Shown: positions 50,124 to 60,418 of the stretch, piece after piece
Layout: the number at the start of each line of letters is the position of its first letter
How positions within the stretch are numbered: the first letter of the stretch is position 1
Source: an uncultured Clostridia bacterium
Lineage (GTDB): Bacteria > Bacillota > Clostridia > Christensenellales > UBA1242
Length of the DNA stretch: 64,000 nt
Reading direction: 5' to 3'
NCBI GenBank assembly: GCA_944383335.1
Contig: CALWPD010000002.1
Location: forward strand, 11,761 to 75,760
Program-made: the position numbers and the translations under genes
The notes under the pieces: model-generated
The model's input: the letters and a program-made list of their open reading frames with translations, nothing else
Told to the model about the DNA's origin: nothing
Databases searched by the model: none

Positions 50124-50152
50124 TTGATTAAAACAAAATGATGTGATACACT
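50124..50152 (+). promoter_or_regulatory. candidate promoter of the rimP-nusA-infB operon
   Basis: TTGATT (50124-50129), 17-nt spacer, TGaTACACT (50144-50152). Confidence 0.35.
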
Positions 50153-50166
50153 ATACATGCTAGACT

Positions 50167-50194
50167 AAGAGTGGGCAAAATCTTGCCCACTCTT
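50167..50194 (+). promoter_or_regulatory. perfect 12-bp stem-loop in the rimP-nusA operon leader
   Basis: AAGAGTGGGCAA / AATC / TTGCCCACTCTT. There is no U-tract after it. The GAGGAG SD follows 10 nt later. Confidence 0.5.
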
Positions 50195-50216
50195 ACTTGT
50201 AGTAGAGGAGTTGTTT

Positions 50217-50678
50217 ATGGCAAGTAAAGTTGTTAGCCTTTGCAATGAAAAAATTTGTCCAATTATTGAAAATCTTGGATATGAAGTTGTGGAGGTTGAA
50301 TATCAAAAAAAAGTTGACGGAATGAATTTGACATTTTTTATTGATTCACAAAACGGCGTTACAGTTGATGACTGTGAAAAGGTAAATGATGCAATTTCTG
50401 ATCCATTAGATGAACTTGATCCAACTCAAGGTGAGCCATATTTGTTAAATATTAGTTCGCCTGGAATTGATAGACCAATTAAAAATCATCGTGATTTTTT
50501 GCGAAACAAAAATAAAAAAGTTAAAGTAACGCTCTACAGACAAATTGATGGCATAAAGAACTATATCGGTTTATTAATGGACTATACCGATAAAGATATT
50601 ACGTTGCAGGTTAACAATAAACTTATCGTTTTAACACATAGTGATATAGCACAAATTAGTCCAGTTATTGAATTTTAA
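50217..50678 (+). CDS. rimP: ribosome maturation factor RimP
   Basis: YLLNISSPGIDRPI signature. ATG 50217 lies 6 nt after GAGGAG. Conserved position before nusA. Confidence 0.9.
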   Translation: MASKVVSLCNEKICPIIENLGYEVVEVEYQKKVDGMNLTFFIDSQNGVTVDDCEKVNDAISDPLDELDPTQGEPYLLNISSPGIDRPIKNHRDFLRNKNKKVKVTLYRQIDGIKNYIGLLMDYTDKDITLQVNNKLIVLTHSDIAQISPVIEF

Positions 50679-50688
50679 GGAGAATAAA

Positions 50689-51837
50689 ATGATAAACAAA
50701 GATTTCTTTCAAGCACTAGAGGAACTCGAAACCACAAAAAAAATTAATTCTAATCAACTTGTTGAGGCATTGGAATCTGCACTTACGTCGGCATATAAAA
50801 AAATGTATGGAGAAGCAAAAAGTGCTCAAGTTAAGCTTATTCCCGAAAAAAACACAATAAGGATTTTTAGTTACAAAACTGTTGTAGAAGAAGTCGAAAA
50901 TCCCGACAAAGAAATTTCTCTTGAAGATGCCAAGAAAATTAAATCAAGTTATAAAATTGGAGACATTGTAACACAAGAAGAAAACACAAAAGGTTTTGGT
51001 CGTATCGCAGCACAAACGGCAAAACAAGTTGTTATGCAGAAATTAAAAGAAATTGAAAAACAAATTACACTAGGCGAATTAAGCGAAAAAGAAGATGAAC
51101 TCTTAACAACTGTTGTTAAGCGTATTGAACAAGGTGTTGTTTATGTGCAAATAGCAGGTTCTCACACTGAAGGAGTTATGCTAGAACAAGACCAAATTCC
51201 AGGAGAAACTTTCCATGTTAACGACAGGGTTAAAGTTTATGTTAAAAAGATAAAGGATAGCTTTAAAGGAGTCCAAATACAAGTTTCAAGAAGTAATATT
51301 GGTTTTTTAAGAAAACTATTTGAGATTGAAGTACCAGAAATTGAGACTGGTGAAGTTGTAATCAAAAACATTGCAAGAGATCCGGGTAACCGTAGTAAAG
51401 TTGCGATCATGGCAACAAAACCTCATATTGATGCGCTTGGTGCTTGTGTTGGTAATCGTGGGGTGAGAATAAATACCATAATGAATGAAATAAATGGTGA
51501 AAAAATTGACCTTGTTCCTTACTCAGATGATCCATTGGAGTATATTGCAAGTGCACTAAGTCCAGCCAAAGTTATAAGTGTCGAAATAAACGAGAGCTTA
51601 AAATCTTCAAGAGTTATCGTTCCAGATGATAAACTCTCACTCGCAATAGGAAAGGGTGGTCAAAATGTTAGGCTTGCAGCAAGACTTACAGGTTGGAAGA
51701 TAGATGTTAAACCAGAGAGTTCAGTAAAAACCGATTCTGATGTCAAAGAAGTTGAATATGAACTTACTGACCTTGGAGACGATGATAGTTTTGCAAGTTT
51801 AGAAGATATCGATGACTTTGAAGAAAATGGTGATTGA
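50689..51837 (+). CDS. nusA: transcription termination/antitermination factor NusA
   Basis: N-terminal domain, S1 domain and two KH domains (LSLAIGKGGQNVRLAARLTGWKIDV). ATG 50689 follows AAGGAG. Confidence 0.95.
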   Translation: MINKDFFQALEELETTKKINSNQLVEALESALTSAYKKMYGEAKSAQVKLIPEKNTIRIFSYKTVVEEVENPDKEISLEDAKKIKSSYKIGDIVTQEENTKGFGRIAAQTAKQVVMQKLKEIEKQITLGELSEKEDELLTTVVKRIEQGVVYVQIAGSHTEGVMLEQDQIPGETFHVNDRVKVYVKKIKDSFKGVQIQVSRSNIGFLRKLFEIEVPEIETGEVVIKNIARDPGNRSKVAIMATKPHIDALGACVGNRGVRINTIMNEINGEKIDLVPYSDDPLEYIASALSPAKVISVEINESLKSSRVIVPDDKLSLAIGKGGQNVRLAARLTGWKIDVKPESSVKTDSDVKEVEYELTDLGDDDSFASLEDIDDFEENGD

Positions 51838-51840
51838 TGT

Positions 51841-52095
51841 ATGGAAGTTATAAGGATGTGTGTCGTTTGTAAACAGCGTTTGTCTCAAAAGCAACTTTTC
51901 AGGTTTGTGAAAAATTCTGGTCAAATAATTTTTGATAGTCGTCAAAAAATACAAGGACGTGGCTTGTATATTTGCCAAGATTGTATAAACAAACTTAATA
52001 CAAAATTGTTTAATAGAGTTTTTAAAACAACTATAAGTGATGAAAAATTAGAAACATTAAAAGAGGTTATGATTGACACCAAAACAACAAAATGA
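51841..52095 (+). CDS. ylxR: YlxR/RnpM family RNA-binding protein (DUF448)
   Basis: RMCVVCKQ...FRFV...GRGLYIC pattern. Conserved position after nusA. Confidence 0.85.
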   Translation: MEVIRMCVVCKQRLSQKQLFRFVKNSGQIIFDSRQKIQGRGLYICQDCINKLNTKLFNRVFKTTISDEKLETLKEVMIDTKTTK

Positions 52096-52387
52096 CATAA
52101 AACGATATATCGGCATTGCTCAAAAGGGCGGTTACGCAATAGTAGGACAAGACAATTTAAAAAACTATTCTAAAAAGTTATATTTGCTTTTATATACAAG
52201 TCCAACAAAGAATTTATTAAAAATAATAAAAAGCATAAAAAGCACGACAAATTATGAAATAATAAGTTTGCCGCAAAAAGAATTTTTAAATATTACCAAC
52301 ATAAAAAATTGTAAAATAATTGCATTAAAAAACAAAGCAATTTCAGATAAGATATTAGAGAGTATGAGAGGTGAAAACATTGATTAA
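52073..52387 (+). CDS. ylxQ: L7Ae-family RNA-binding protein YlxQ
   Basis: IGIAQKGGYAIVGQDNL matches the YlxQ 'GLAxRAGKxxxG' region. TTG start overlapping ylxR. Conserved position before infB. Confidence 0.7.
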   Translation: MTPKQQNDIKRYIGIAQKGGYAIVGQDNLKNYSKKLYLLLYTSPTKNLLKIIKSIKSTTNYEIISLPQKEFLNITNIKNCKIIALKNKAISDKILESMRGENID

Positions 52388-54854
52388 ACAAGAAGAAAAA
52401 CAAAAAAATGGATTAAATAATTTAAAATCTATCTTTGGACTTCAAAAAAACGGAACAGTTCAAATATTGCTTCGTGATTTAAGAGCGTCAAAATCTCAAC
52501 TTGACGATGTTTTAAAAGTGTTCCAAGCAGAAAAACAAACTCGTGAAGTTATTCAAGAAGAACAAGAAAAAGTAGCTTCTCAATCTCAAAACTCACAAAT
52601 TCAAACCGAAGTATCAAAGATGCCAAACCAAAATCGTACAAATCAAGCGCAGCAGCAATCAAAAACTAATCAAAATATTCAGAATAGAAAAAATTACGAC
52701 AAAAAGCGTGAATTTTCGCAAAAGCAAAACAATCGAGATTTTAGAAAATCAACATATCATAATCAAAGACAAGCACAAAACAACCGTTTTGGACAACAAA
52801 ATAGACCATTTGGCAATAGACCAAAAGGAAATAATTTTGTTAGTTCTAAAGCCAATTCATTTAAAGTTTTTGAGCCTTTGGAAAGTAGCAGTGTACTTTC
52901 TCAGCCAGAACGCAATTATGGAAATAAAAATAAATCCAATAGGGCATTAGAAGAAAAACGCCAATTAAACAAGCGCTCTCTTTTACGCAAGAATTTTATT
53001 GTGGATGACAATGTTGATTTTGAGGGCGAGAGAATGGGTAATAGAAAACTCGCACACAAAAAGAAGGAACAGAAAATTTTTGTCGCACCAAAAATAGAGA
53101 ATGCGGTTATCACAACAGAAGATGTTACAGTTAAAACTCTTTCAGAAAAAACTGGTAGGCCTGTAACTGAGATAATAAAACAACTTATGATGCTTGGTAT
53201 AATGGCGAATATAAATAGTTCTATTGATTTTATGACTGCAGAACTTGTTGCTGGCGAGCTTGGAGTAAAACTAGAACAAAAGATTGAAAAGACATACGAG
53301 GAGCAACTGCTAGATGATGTTAACGAGCAGGAGCATGATGAAAAAGATATGGTTAAACGCCCACCTGTTGTTGCGGTAATGGGACACGTAGACCACGGTA
53401 AAACATCACTTTTGGATGCTATTAGAAAAACTAATGTTGTTGCAGGAGAAGCCGGTGGAATTACGCAAAAGATAGGGGCGTATCAGATAGATTATAATGG
53501 AGAAAAGATAACATTTATTGACACCCCGGGACATGCAGCGTTTACCGCTATGCGTGCAAGAGGCGCAAAGGTTACAGATATTGCAATTCTTGTAGTTGCT
53601 GCAGATGATGGTATAATGCCACAAACCATTGAGGCAATCAACCATATAAAGGCGGCAAATGTTCCAATGATTGTTGCTATAAACAAAATTGATAAACCAG
53701 AATCCAATATTGAAAGAGTAAAACAACAACTTGCCGAAAATGGTGTTTTGCCAGAGGAATGGGGTGGCGATGCAATATTAGTTCCAGTTTCTGCAAAAAA
53801 AGGCTTGGGTATAGATGACCTTTTAAAAACAATTCTTTTAGTTGCTGAAATTTCAGAATTAAAAGCAAATCCTAAAGCCAGTGCTTCTGGATCGGTTTTA
53901 GAAGCTGAACTTGACAAAAATCGTGGTGCAGTTGCTACTGTACTTGTTCAAAATGGTACACTTAACATTGGTGATTCAATCATAAGTGGTACATCTTTTG
54001 GTAAAGTTAGAGCAATGTTTGATGAAAATGGTAAATCAGTTAAATCAGCGGGACCAAGCACTCCTGTTGCAGTGTTAGGACTTGACAATGTTCCAAATTC
54101 TGGTGACAGAGTTTTTGCAGTCGATGAAAAACTTTCAAAACAAGTTATTGATGAGCGTATAGCAAAAGCAAAAGAACTTCGTTCGCATTCAACAAGTGGT
54201 GTTTCGCTTGAAGACTTTATGGATAAGGTCAATGAAGGCAAACTTAAAGCTTTAAACATTATAATAAAAGCAGATGTTCAAGGTTCTGTTGAGGCACTTA
54301 AACAATCATTGGTTGCGCTTAAAAATGAGGAAGCAAAAGTTGTTTGTATTCATAGTGGGGCGGGTGCCGTTACCGAATCCGATTTGTTGCTTGCTCAGGC
54401 ATGCGGGGCTGTAATAATTAATTTTAATTTAAAGATATCTTCAAAAATAGAACAACTTGCAGAATCCATGTCTGTTCAAATTAAATCGTATAAAGTCATT
54501 TATGAAGTTGTCGATGAGGTTTCAAAGGCACTTAGCGGAATGCTTAGTGTTAAATACGAAGAACAGGTAATCGGACACGCAGAAGTAAGGATGATGTTTA
54601 AACTTTCAACAAGTGGAATTGTATGCGGAAGTTATGTAACTGATGGTAAAGTAGCTAGAAATGCTTTTGTAAATGTTTATAGAGGAAAAGAAAAAATCTT
54701 GGAGACCAGCATTGTTGCCCTGAGAATTCAAAAAGATGACAAGGCAGAAGTTCCTTATGGTTTCGAGTGTGGAATTAAACTAAAGGACAGTCAAGATGTT
54801 AAAGTTGGAGATATTCTTGAGGTTTATAAAAAAGTTGAAATTAAAAGAGGTTAA
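52371..54854 (+). CDS. infB: translation initiation factor IF-2
   Basis: G domain: VMGHVDHGKTSLLD, DTPGHAAF, NKIDK. Q/N/R-rich N-terminal region. GTG start after GAGAGG. Confidence 0.96.
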   Translation: MKTLIKQEEKQKNGLNNLKSIFGLQKNGTVQILLRDLRASKSQLDDVLKVFQAEKQTREVIQEEQEKVASQSQNSQIQTEVSKMPNQNRTNQAQQQSKTNQNIQNRKNYDKKREFSQKQNNRDFRKSTYHNQRQAQNNRFGQQNRPFGNRPKGNNFVSSKANSFKVFEPLESSSVLSQPERNYGNKNKSNRALEEKRQLNKRSLLRKNFIVDDNVDFEGERMGNRKLAHKKKEQKIFVAPKIENAVITTEDVTVKTLSEKTGRPVTEIIKQLMMLGIMANINSSIDFMTAELVAGELGVKLEQKIEKTYEEQLLDDVNEQEHDEKDMVKRPPVVAVMGHVDHGKTSLLDAIRKTNVVAGEAGGITQKIGAYQIDYNGEKITFIDTPGHAAFTAMRARGAKVTDIAILVVAADDGIMPQTIEAINHIKAANVPMIVAINKIDKPESNIERVKQQLAENGVLPEEWGGDAILVPVSAKKGLGIDDLLKTILLVAEISELKANPKASASGSVLEAELDKNRGAVATVLVQNGTLNIGDSIISGTSFGKVRAMFDENGKSVKSAGPSTPVAVLGLDNVPNSGDRVFAVDEKLSKQVIDERIAKAKELRSHSTSGVSLEDFMDKVNEGKLKALNIIIKADVQGSVEALKQSLVALKNEEAKVVCIHSGAGAVTESDLLLAQACGAVIINFNLKISSKIEQLAESMSVQIKSYKVIYEVVDEVSKALSGMLSVKYEEQVIGHAEVRMMFKLSTSGIVCGSYVTDGKVARNAFVNVYRGKEKILETSIVALRIQKDDKAEVPYGFECGIKLKDSQDVKVGDILEVYKKVEIKRG

Positions 54855-54857
54855 GTT

Positions 54858-55238
54858 ATGAGCAGTATAAGAACTGAACGAGCAAATTCAGAAGTGGAAA
54901 GAGTGCTCGCTGATATTATAAAAAACAGGCTAAACGACCCAAGATTAAATGGTGAATTTATAACTATAACTTATGCTAATCGTTCTGTGGATTTTAGACA
55001 TTGTAACGTAGGTATAAGTGTGTATGGCGGGGATGAAAATGTTGTTATAAAACAATTACGCAAAAGTGAAGGTTATATAAAGCGTGAACTCGTTAAGGAT
55101 GTTAAATTGCCATACACACCAGAACTTACATTTGTTTTGGATGAGGGTGCAAAGCATGCCGACAAAATAAATGAAATTTTGAGCACTCTAAACATTCCTG
55201 ATGAGGTTATGGATGAAGACAATACTACAAAAAATTAA
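54858..55238 (+). CDS. rbfA: ribosome-binding factor A
   Basis: RTERANSEVERVLADII N-terminus, and KLPYTPELTF. Confidence 0.9.
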   Translation: MSSIRTERANSEVERVLADIIKNRLNDPRLNGEFITITYANRSVDFRHCNVGISVYGGDENVVIKQLRKSEGYIKRELVKDVKLPYTPELTFVLDEGAKHADKINEILSTLNIPDEVMDEDNTTKN

Positions 55239-56178
55239 ACAAAGTACAAGTGTGGCAGTTTTTGGTCATCAGTCGCCAGATGGTGATTGTCTTGGCTGTT
55301 TATCTGCCATTTATTTTTTATGTCAGAAATTAAATAAAAATGTAAATGCATTTGTTGATGATAATTTACCTAATCGCTATGCTTTTTTGGATACACGTTT
55401 TTTAAATAGTATTCCATTTGATTCAAAAAATTATGATTTGTTTATATCGGTTGATGTTGCTGACAAACACCAACTTGGAACTTATGCAAGCGTGTTTAAT
55501 GAAAAGAACAATACAATTTCTATTGATCATCATTTAATAAGAAATTTGACTAGTCAAATTACTTATGTAGAATACACCGCATCATGTTCAGAAATTGTTT
55601 ATGATTTAATTAAAACCTCTAAAATTAAATTAACTAAAGATGTTTCAACATTTTTGTATATGGGGGTTTCGGATGATACTGGCTGTTTTATGCATGACAA
55701 TACAACATCCAATTCACATTACATTGGAGCCAAACTTATGGAACTAGGAGCAGACTATAAATTGGTAAATTATAATCTATTTAAACTTGTAACAAGAAAA
55801 ACCTATGAGTTGACTAAGAAATTGGATGAACTGATTCAAGAAAGGAATGGAGTGAGATATGTTATTGTAAGTCAAGATTTTATGCAAAATAATAACTGCG
55901 ATAAATCAGATTTTGGAAATTATGTAAATTCTTTACTTAATTTACAAGGGACTAAAGTTTCTTTTACTATGGTAGAAAAGCAGCATATGGTATATTCTTT
56001 AAGCTTTAGATCATTGAAAAATTATAATGTAGCTAATGTTGCATCCAAACTTAATGGTGGCGGGCATAGACAATCTGCAGGTGGAAGAGTCGCTGGAAAC
56101 ATCAAGACGTGTCTTAAAAAGGTACTAGATTATGTTGATGAAGAGATTAAAAATGGAGATAAAATAAGTGATAACTGA
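55213..56178 (+). CDS. nrnA: DHH/DHHA1 bifunctional oligoribonuclease/pAp phosphatase NrnA-like
   Basis: FGHQSPDGDCLGC, SIDHH, and GGGH (LNGGGHRQSAGG). ATG 55213 lies 5 nt after GAGGT. Confidence 0.85.
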   Translation: MKTILQKIKQSTSVAVFGHQSPDGDCLGCLSAIYFLCQKLNKNVNAFVDDNLPNRYAFLDTRFLNSIPFDSKNYDLFISVDVADKHQLGTYASVFNEKNNTISIDHHLIRNLTSQITYVEYTASCSEIVYDLIKTSKIKLTKDVSTFLYMGVSDDTGCFMHDNTTSNSHYIGAKLMELGADYKLVNYNLFKLVTRKTYELTKKLDELIQERNGVRYVIVSQDFMQNNNCDKSDFGNYVNSLLNLQGTKVSFTMVEKQHMVYSLSFRSLKNYNVANVASKLNGGGHRQSAGGRVAGNIKTCLKKVLDYVDEEIKNGDKISDN

Positions 56179-56863
56179 TGATGGAATAATATTACTAAAC
56201 AAACCAACACAAATGTCCAGCAATAAAGCTGTTCAAATAGTGAAACACATTATAAATCCAAACAAAATTGGACACATGGGAACACTTGATCCACTTGGTA
56301 GTGGTTTATTAATCCTTGGAATAAATAAGGCAACAAAATTGTTTGCAACGTTTTTAAAAGAAATTAAAACATATAAAACTATATTTTATTTTGGAGAACA
56401 AACAGACACACTCGATAGTGAAGGTCAGATTGTTAAAAAAATTGCAAAAGATATCTCTCTTAAACAAGTGAAATGTATTTGTAAAGAATTTATTGGTAAA
56501 TTTGACCAAATGCCTCCGGTATATTCAGCAAAAAAAGTACATGGGGAAAAAGCATATGAATTGGCGAGAAAAGGAGAAAGTGTCAAATTGAACACTCGAA
56601 CCATCGAAATATTTGATATCCAATGTTTAAGTAAAATTAAAAATAATACTTTTTTGTTTGAAATCACTTGTTCAAGTGGAACATATATTCGCAGTATATG
56701 TAGAGATATGGCCGTTAAATTGTCAACATGTGGTACTATGCTTGCGATTGTACGCACAAGATGTGGAGAATATGACATTTCTCAAAGTTGCACACTAGAT
56801 GATATAAAAAATGGCAAATTTAAGATATTCAATACAAAAGAAGGTGAAATATATGTTAAATAA
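56168..56863 (+). CDS. truB: tRNA pseudouridine(55) synthase (short form, no obvious PUA domain)
   Basis: GHMGTLDPLGSGLL with the catalytic Asp. 231 aa. GTG start. Confidence 0.9.
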   Translation: MITDDGIILLNKPTQMSSNKAVQIVKHIINPNKIGHMGTLDPLGSGLLILGINKATKLFATFLKEIKTYKTIFYFGEQTDTLDSEGQIVKKIAKDISLKQVKCICKEFIGKFDQMPPVYSAKKVHGEKAYELARKGESVKLNTRTIEIFDIQCLSKIKNNTFLFEITCSSGTYIRSICRDMAVKLSTCGTMLAIVRTRCGEYDISQSCTLDDIKNGKFKIFNTKEGEIYVK

Positions 56864-57710
56864 AGTTAGGTTTGGTCCATCAGGAAATCAGAAATTATTC
56901 TATGAACAGGGACATAAGCATAGTATTGAAGCACCTGCATGGTTAAATAATTTGGGGCTCAATGCATATGAATTTTCGTTTGGTCGAGGATTCACGATAA
57001 AAGAAGAAACTGCAAGGAAAATTGGTGATGAAGCAAAAAAATATGATGTCTTGATATCTTGTCATGCTCCATATTATATTAATCTTGCAAATCCTGATCC
57101 CATTATGATTGAAAAATCTTTTGGCTATATTACTAAAGGGCTTGTATTGCTTGATTGCTTTGGTGGTATAGATTATGTGGTTCATATAGGTTCTTGTGGA
57201 AAACTGACTAGAAAACAGGCGTTGCAAAACATAAGAAATAATTTAAAAAATCTTTTAATAATTTTAAAGAAGGGGAATTTTTTGAAAGGTGGAAAAAGGC
57301 TTTGTCTTGAAACAATGGGAAAACCTATGCAAATAGGAACATATGAAGAAATAATTGACCTTTGTACACTTGATGAATGTTTGGTTCCTACTTTCGACTT
57401 TGGACATATCAATGCTTTAACCGGTGGATCTTTGAAAGGTTATGATGACTACAAGAAAATTTTTGATTTGGCCATATTAAAACTTGGAGAAAGGGCTAAA
57501 AGATGTCATATACATTTTTCAAAGATAGAATATAAGGATAAAGGTGAAATAAGACATTTAAATTATGATGATACAATTTATGGGCCTGACTTTGCCCCAC
57601 TTGCGAAAGTTATAAAGGATTTGAATTTAACGCCGACTATAATTTGTGAATCTAAAGATAACATGGCTACTGATAGTTTGATTATGAAGGAGATATATGA
57701 GCAGGCTTAA
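56853..57710 (+). CDS. endonuclease IV-like TIM-barrel protein (AP endonuclease family 2)
   Basis: SCHAPYYINLANPD, VVHIGS, LCLETMGK, FDFGHINAL and HIHFS line up with the Nfo metal-ligand motifs. ATG 56853 follows GAAGGTGA. Confidence 0.65.
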   Translation: MLNKVRFGPSGNQKLFYEQGHKHSIEAPAWLNNLGLNAYEFSFGRGFTIKEETARKIGDEAKKYDVLISCHAPYYINLANPDPIMIEKSFGYITKGLVLLDCFGGIDYVVHIGSCGKLTRKQALQNIRNNLKNLLIILKKGNFLKGGKRLCLETMGKPMQIGTYEEIIDLCTLDECLVPTFDFGHINALTGGSLKGYDDYKKIFDLAILKLGERAKRCHIHFSKIEYKDKGEIRHLNYDDTIYGPDFAPLAKVIKDLNLTPTIICESKDNMATDSLIMKEIYEQA

Positions 57711-58260
57711 AGTCAAAAAATTCACATGTAATATTTTGTTTGAAAATTGCTACATTGTTTATGACAAGCACAAAGCACTAATAATTGATCCTGGAAGTGA
57801 TTATTTTAAAATCAATACCTTTTTAAAAAATAATAACTTAAATGTTCTAGCGGTACTTTTGACGCATGGTCATTTTGATCATTGCTTGTCGTGTAAAAAA
57901 TTTCAAGACGATGGCGCTGTTGTTTATATACATAAATTAGACGCAGATAAACTTTACTCTGATGGAAATTTATCAAGTATGTTTGGTATTGATTTTCAGA
58001 AGTTTTATGCAGATTGCCTTATAGAGGAAGGCGATTTGGAAATTGGCGAATTTGAGATAAAGGTTTTGCACACACCCGGGCACAGCAAGGGAAGTGTTTG
58101 TTATATAATTGATAACAATTTTTTTAGCGGAGATACTTTTTTTAAGGATGGCGTTGGAAGAACGGATTTTTATGATAGTAGCCCTTATGAACTGAAGCAA
58201 AGTTTAAATAAATTACAACATTTTTTTAAAAATAATTACAATTTCTTTTATGGACATTAA
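57697..58260 (+). CDS. MBL-fold metallo-hydrolase
   Basis: LLTHGHFDH (HxHxDH) and HTPGHS. 187 aa. Overlaps the upstream gene by 14 nt. Confidence 0.85.
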   Translation: MSRLKVKKFTCNILFENCYIVYDKHKALIIDPGSDYFKINTFLKNNNLNVLAVLLTHGHFDHCLSCKKFQDDGAVVYIHKLDADKLYSDGNLSSMFGIDFQKFYADCLIEEGDLEIGEFEIKVLHTPGHSKGSVCYIIDNNFFSGDTFFKDGVGRTDFYDSSPYELKQSLNKLQHFFKNNYNFFYGH

Positions 58261-58332
58261 AAAATAGTTGCATTTCAGATATATTGTGTGATAATCTAGA
58301 TATGATGCAATAAACATTTTTAAGGAGATTTT

Positions 58333-58893
58333 ATGATAACAGCAGGAGATTTTAGAAAAGGCGTAACTTTTGAAATGGAAGGTAATGTTTACACAGTTGT
58401 TGAGTTTTTACATGTAAAACCGGGCAAAGGCTCTCCATTTGTTAGGACAAAGCTAAAAAATGTTATAACTGGACAGGTAATTGAGCGAACATTTAACCCA
58501 ACGGATAAATTTCAAGTTGCAGTAATTGAGAGAAAAGAAATGCAATATTTATACCATGAAGGAGATCTTTATTACTTTATGGATATGGAAACATTTGATC
58601 AAATCCCGTTCAACAAGTCGCAAGTTGAAGATGCTATGAACTTTATTACGGAAAATATGATGGCAACAGTTCAATTTTATAATGGCACAGCATTTTCTGT
58701 TGAGCCACCAACATTTGTTGAATTGACCATTGTTGATTGTGAGCCTGGTATTCAAGGTGATACAGCGAAATCAAGCTACAAACCGGCAACGCTAGAAACC
58801 GGCTATGTAATCAATGTTCCTCTCTTTGTAAACAACGGTGAGAAAATCCGTGTAGACACACGTGATGGCAGTTACATGGAGCGTGTAAAGTAA
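58333..58893 (+). CDS. efp: translation elongation factor P
   Basis: [16 protein letters not shown] loop with the modified Lys. 186 aa. AAGGAG SD. Confidence 0.96.
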   Translation: MITAGDFRKGVTFEMEGNVYTVVEFLHVKPGKGSPFVRTKLKNVITGQVIERTFNPTDKFQVAVIERKEMQYLYHEGDLYYFMDMETFDQIPFNKSQVEDAMNFITENMMATVQFYNGTAFSVEPPTFVELTIVDCEPGIQGDTAKSSYKPATLETGYVINVPLFVNNGEKIRVDTRDGSYMERVK

Positions 58894-58906
58894 TTTAAAG
58901 TTGTCG

Positions 58907-58943
58907 AAATATGCAGTATTTTATAATATTGCATATTTTTTTT
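58907..58943 (+). terminator. rho-independent terminator after efp
   Basis: AAATATGCA (58907-58915) ... TGCATATTT (58930-58938), followed by a T-run to 58943. Confidence 0.7.
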
Positions 58944-58997
58944 GTTTTTAGTTATGATTTGCCTTTTCTTATCTTATACATTGTATAGGAGAAAAAT

Positions 58998-59909
58998 ATG
59001 TTACAAGAAATACTTTCGGAGCCATTGGCAAACATAATAAATTATAAAATAGCAATTTCTAATCTTTCAGAAATAAGGCTCAGAACTAATAAACCAATCA
59101 TAGTTTACATAAAAGGTCAGCCATACTATTTGTGCGATAAAGGTCTTTGCTGTGATATAAACAATGCAATTTTTTGCACTCAAGATATGATTTCAGATAT
59201 TGTTTATAAAGCAAGTGATTATTCAATCTATTCTGTAAATGAACAAATAAGGAATGGATTCATAACAATGTCAAATGGTGTGAGGATTGGACTTTGTGGA
59301 AATGTTGTGGAAGAAAACGGACAAGTTAAAACAATTACAAATTGGACTAGCATAAATATTCGAATCCCACATCAAATAAAGAATATGTCTCTTTGCGCAT
59401 TTGATGATATAGTTGATGAGACAGGATTAAAAAATGCATTGATAGTTTCTCCGCCCGGGGCAGGAAAAACTACTTTTTTGCGCGATTTTTTATACCAACT
59501 ATCCGAACATAATTACTGTTTGAATATAAGTGTTGTGGATGAGCGTGGAGAAATCGCCGGAGGGACTGATAGTAAATTAGATATTGGAAATTTCTGCGAT
59601 GTAATAAGCTTTTGTAGTAAAAAAGTAGGTTTTATGCAGTGTATAAGATCAATGAATCCGGGACTTATTATCACTGATGAAATCGGAAATAAAGATGATG
59701 CTGAATGCCTTATTGATGCCATGAATTGTGGCGTTAAAGTAATGGCAACGGCACATGCATCCAGCATTGAAGAGTTAAGACGTAAGGAATTTTTTAAGAA
59801 TTTACCGCCAGAGTATTTCCAAAGATATGTGCTTTTATCCAAGAGAGAAGGGCCGGGAACATACGAAGGAACCTATAATGAAAAATTCTCAAAGATAGTT
59901 AAATGGTGA
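58998..59909 (+). CDS. spoIIIAA: stage III sporulation protein AA (ATPase)
   Basis: SPPGAGKTTFLRD Walker A and LIITDEIG Walker B. First gene of an eight-gene colinear spoIIIA operon after efp, as in B. subtilis. Confidence 0.9.
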   Translation: MLQEILSEPLANIINYKIAISNLSEIRLRTNKPIIVYIKGQPYYLCDKGLCCDINNAIFCTQDMISDIVYKASDYSIYSVNEQIRNGFITMSNGVRIGLCGNVVEENGQVKTITNWTSINIRIPHQIKNMSLCAFDDIVDETGLKNALIVSPPGAGKTTFLRDFLYQLSEHNYCLNISVVDERGEIAGGTDSKLDIGNFCDVISFCSKKVGFMQCIRSMNPGLIITDEIGNKDDAECLIDAMNCGVKVMATAHASSIEELRRKEFFKNLPPEYFQRYVLLSKREGPGTYEGTYNEKFSKIVKW

Positions 59910-60409
59910 AATTTATGATGATCATTTTAATTGTGATAATAATTGTTTGCTTTTCTTTGATAGGCTATAAATTTTCGTCATATTACATAAACAGAAAAAA
60001 ATTTTTTTCGGCATTAGTATTATTGCTTTCAAATTTAGAGACAGATGTTGTATTTAGTAGAGACAAACTTTCAAATATTTTAAAAAAGAATATTGAAATT
60101 TGTGCTAGTAAAGACCTTTGTGCTTTGTGTCAAAATATAATTTTAACTTTAGAGAGTAAACAGATGATAACTGAAAAGATATTTTATGATGTAAAAATTC
60201 TTAAACCTGATGAACAAAAATTATTATATAAATTTTTTTCATCCCTTGGGAGATATGATGTGGCAGCTCAAAGCAAAGAGATAAAAACATATCAAGCTAC
60301 AATAGATGGATACAACATTCAAGCAAAAGAAGAATGTAAGAAATATTCAGGTCTTTTTATTAAACTTGGCATTATAGTAGGTATCCTTGTTTGCCTCTTA
60401 ATTATATAG
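59903..60409 (+). CDS. spoIIIAB: stage III sporulation protein AB
   Basis: N- and C-terminal TM helices flank a helical soluble domain. 168 aa. Position in the operon. Confidence 0.8.
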   Translation: MVKFMMIILIVIIIVCFSLIGYKFSSYYINRKKFFSALVLLLSNLETDVVFSRDKLSNILKKNIEICASKDLCALCQNIILTLESKQMITEKIFYDVKILKPDEQKLLYKFFSSLGRYDVAAQSKEIKTYQATIDGYNIQAKEECKKYSGLFIKLGIIVGILVCLLII

Positions 60410-60418
60410 GAGAAGTTT

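Noticed and set aside
53492-53917. 141-aa minus-strand ORF (and neighbours) inside infB
   Set aside because: It is antisense to the IF-2 G domain and shows no independent signals.
58975-58982. TATACATT resembling a sigma-E -10 (CATACAnT) upstream of spoIIIAA
   Set aside because: It ends only 4 nt before the AGGAG SD, so a transcript started from it would lack the SD. No convincing -35 lies at the proper spacing. The real sporulation promoter cannot be assigned by eye.
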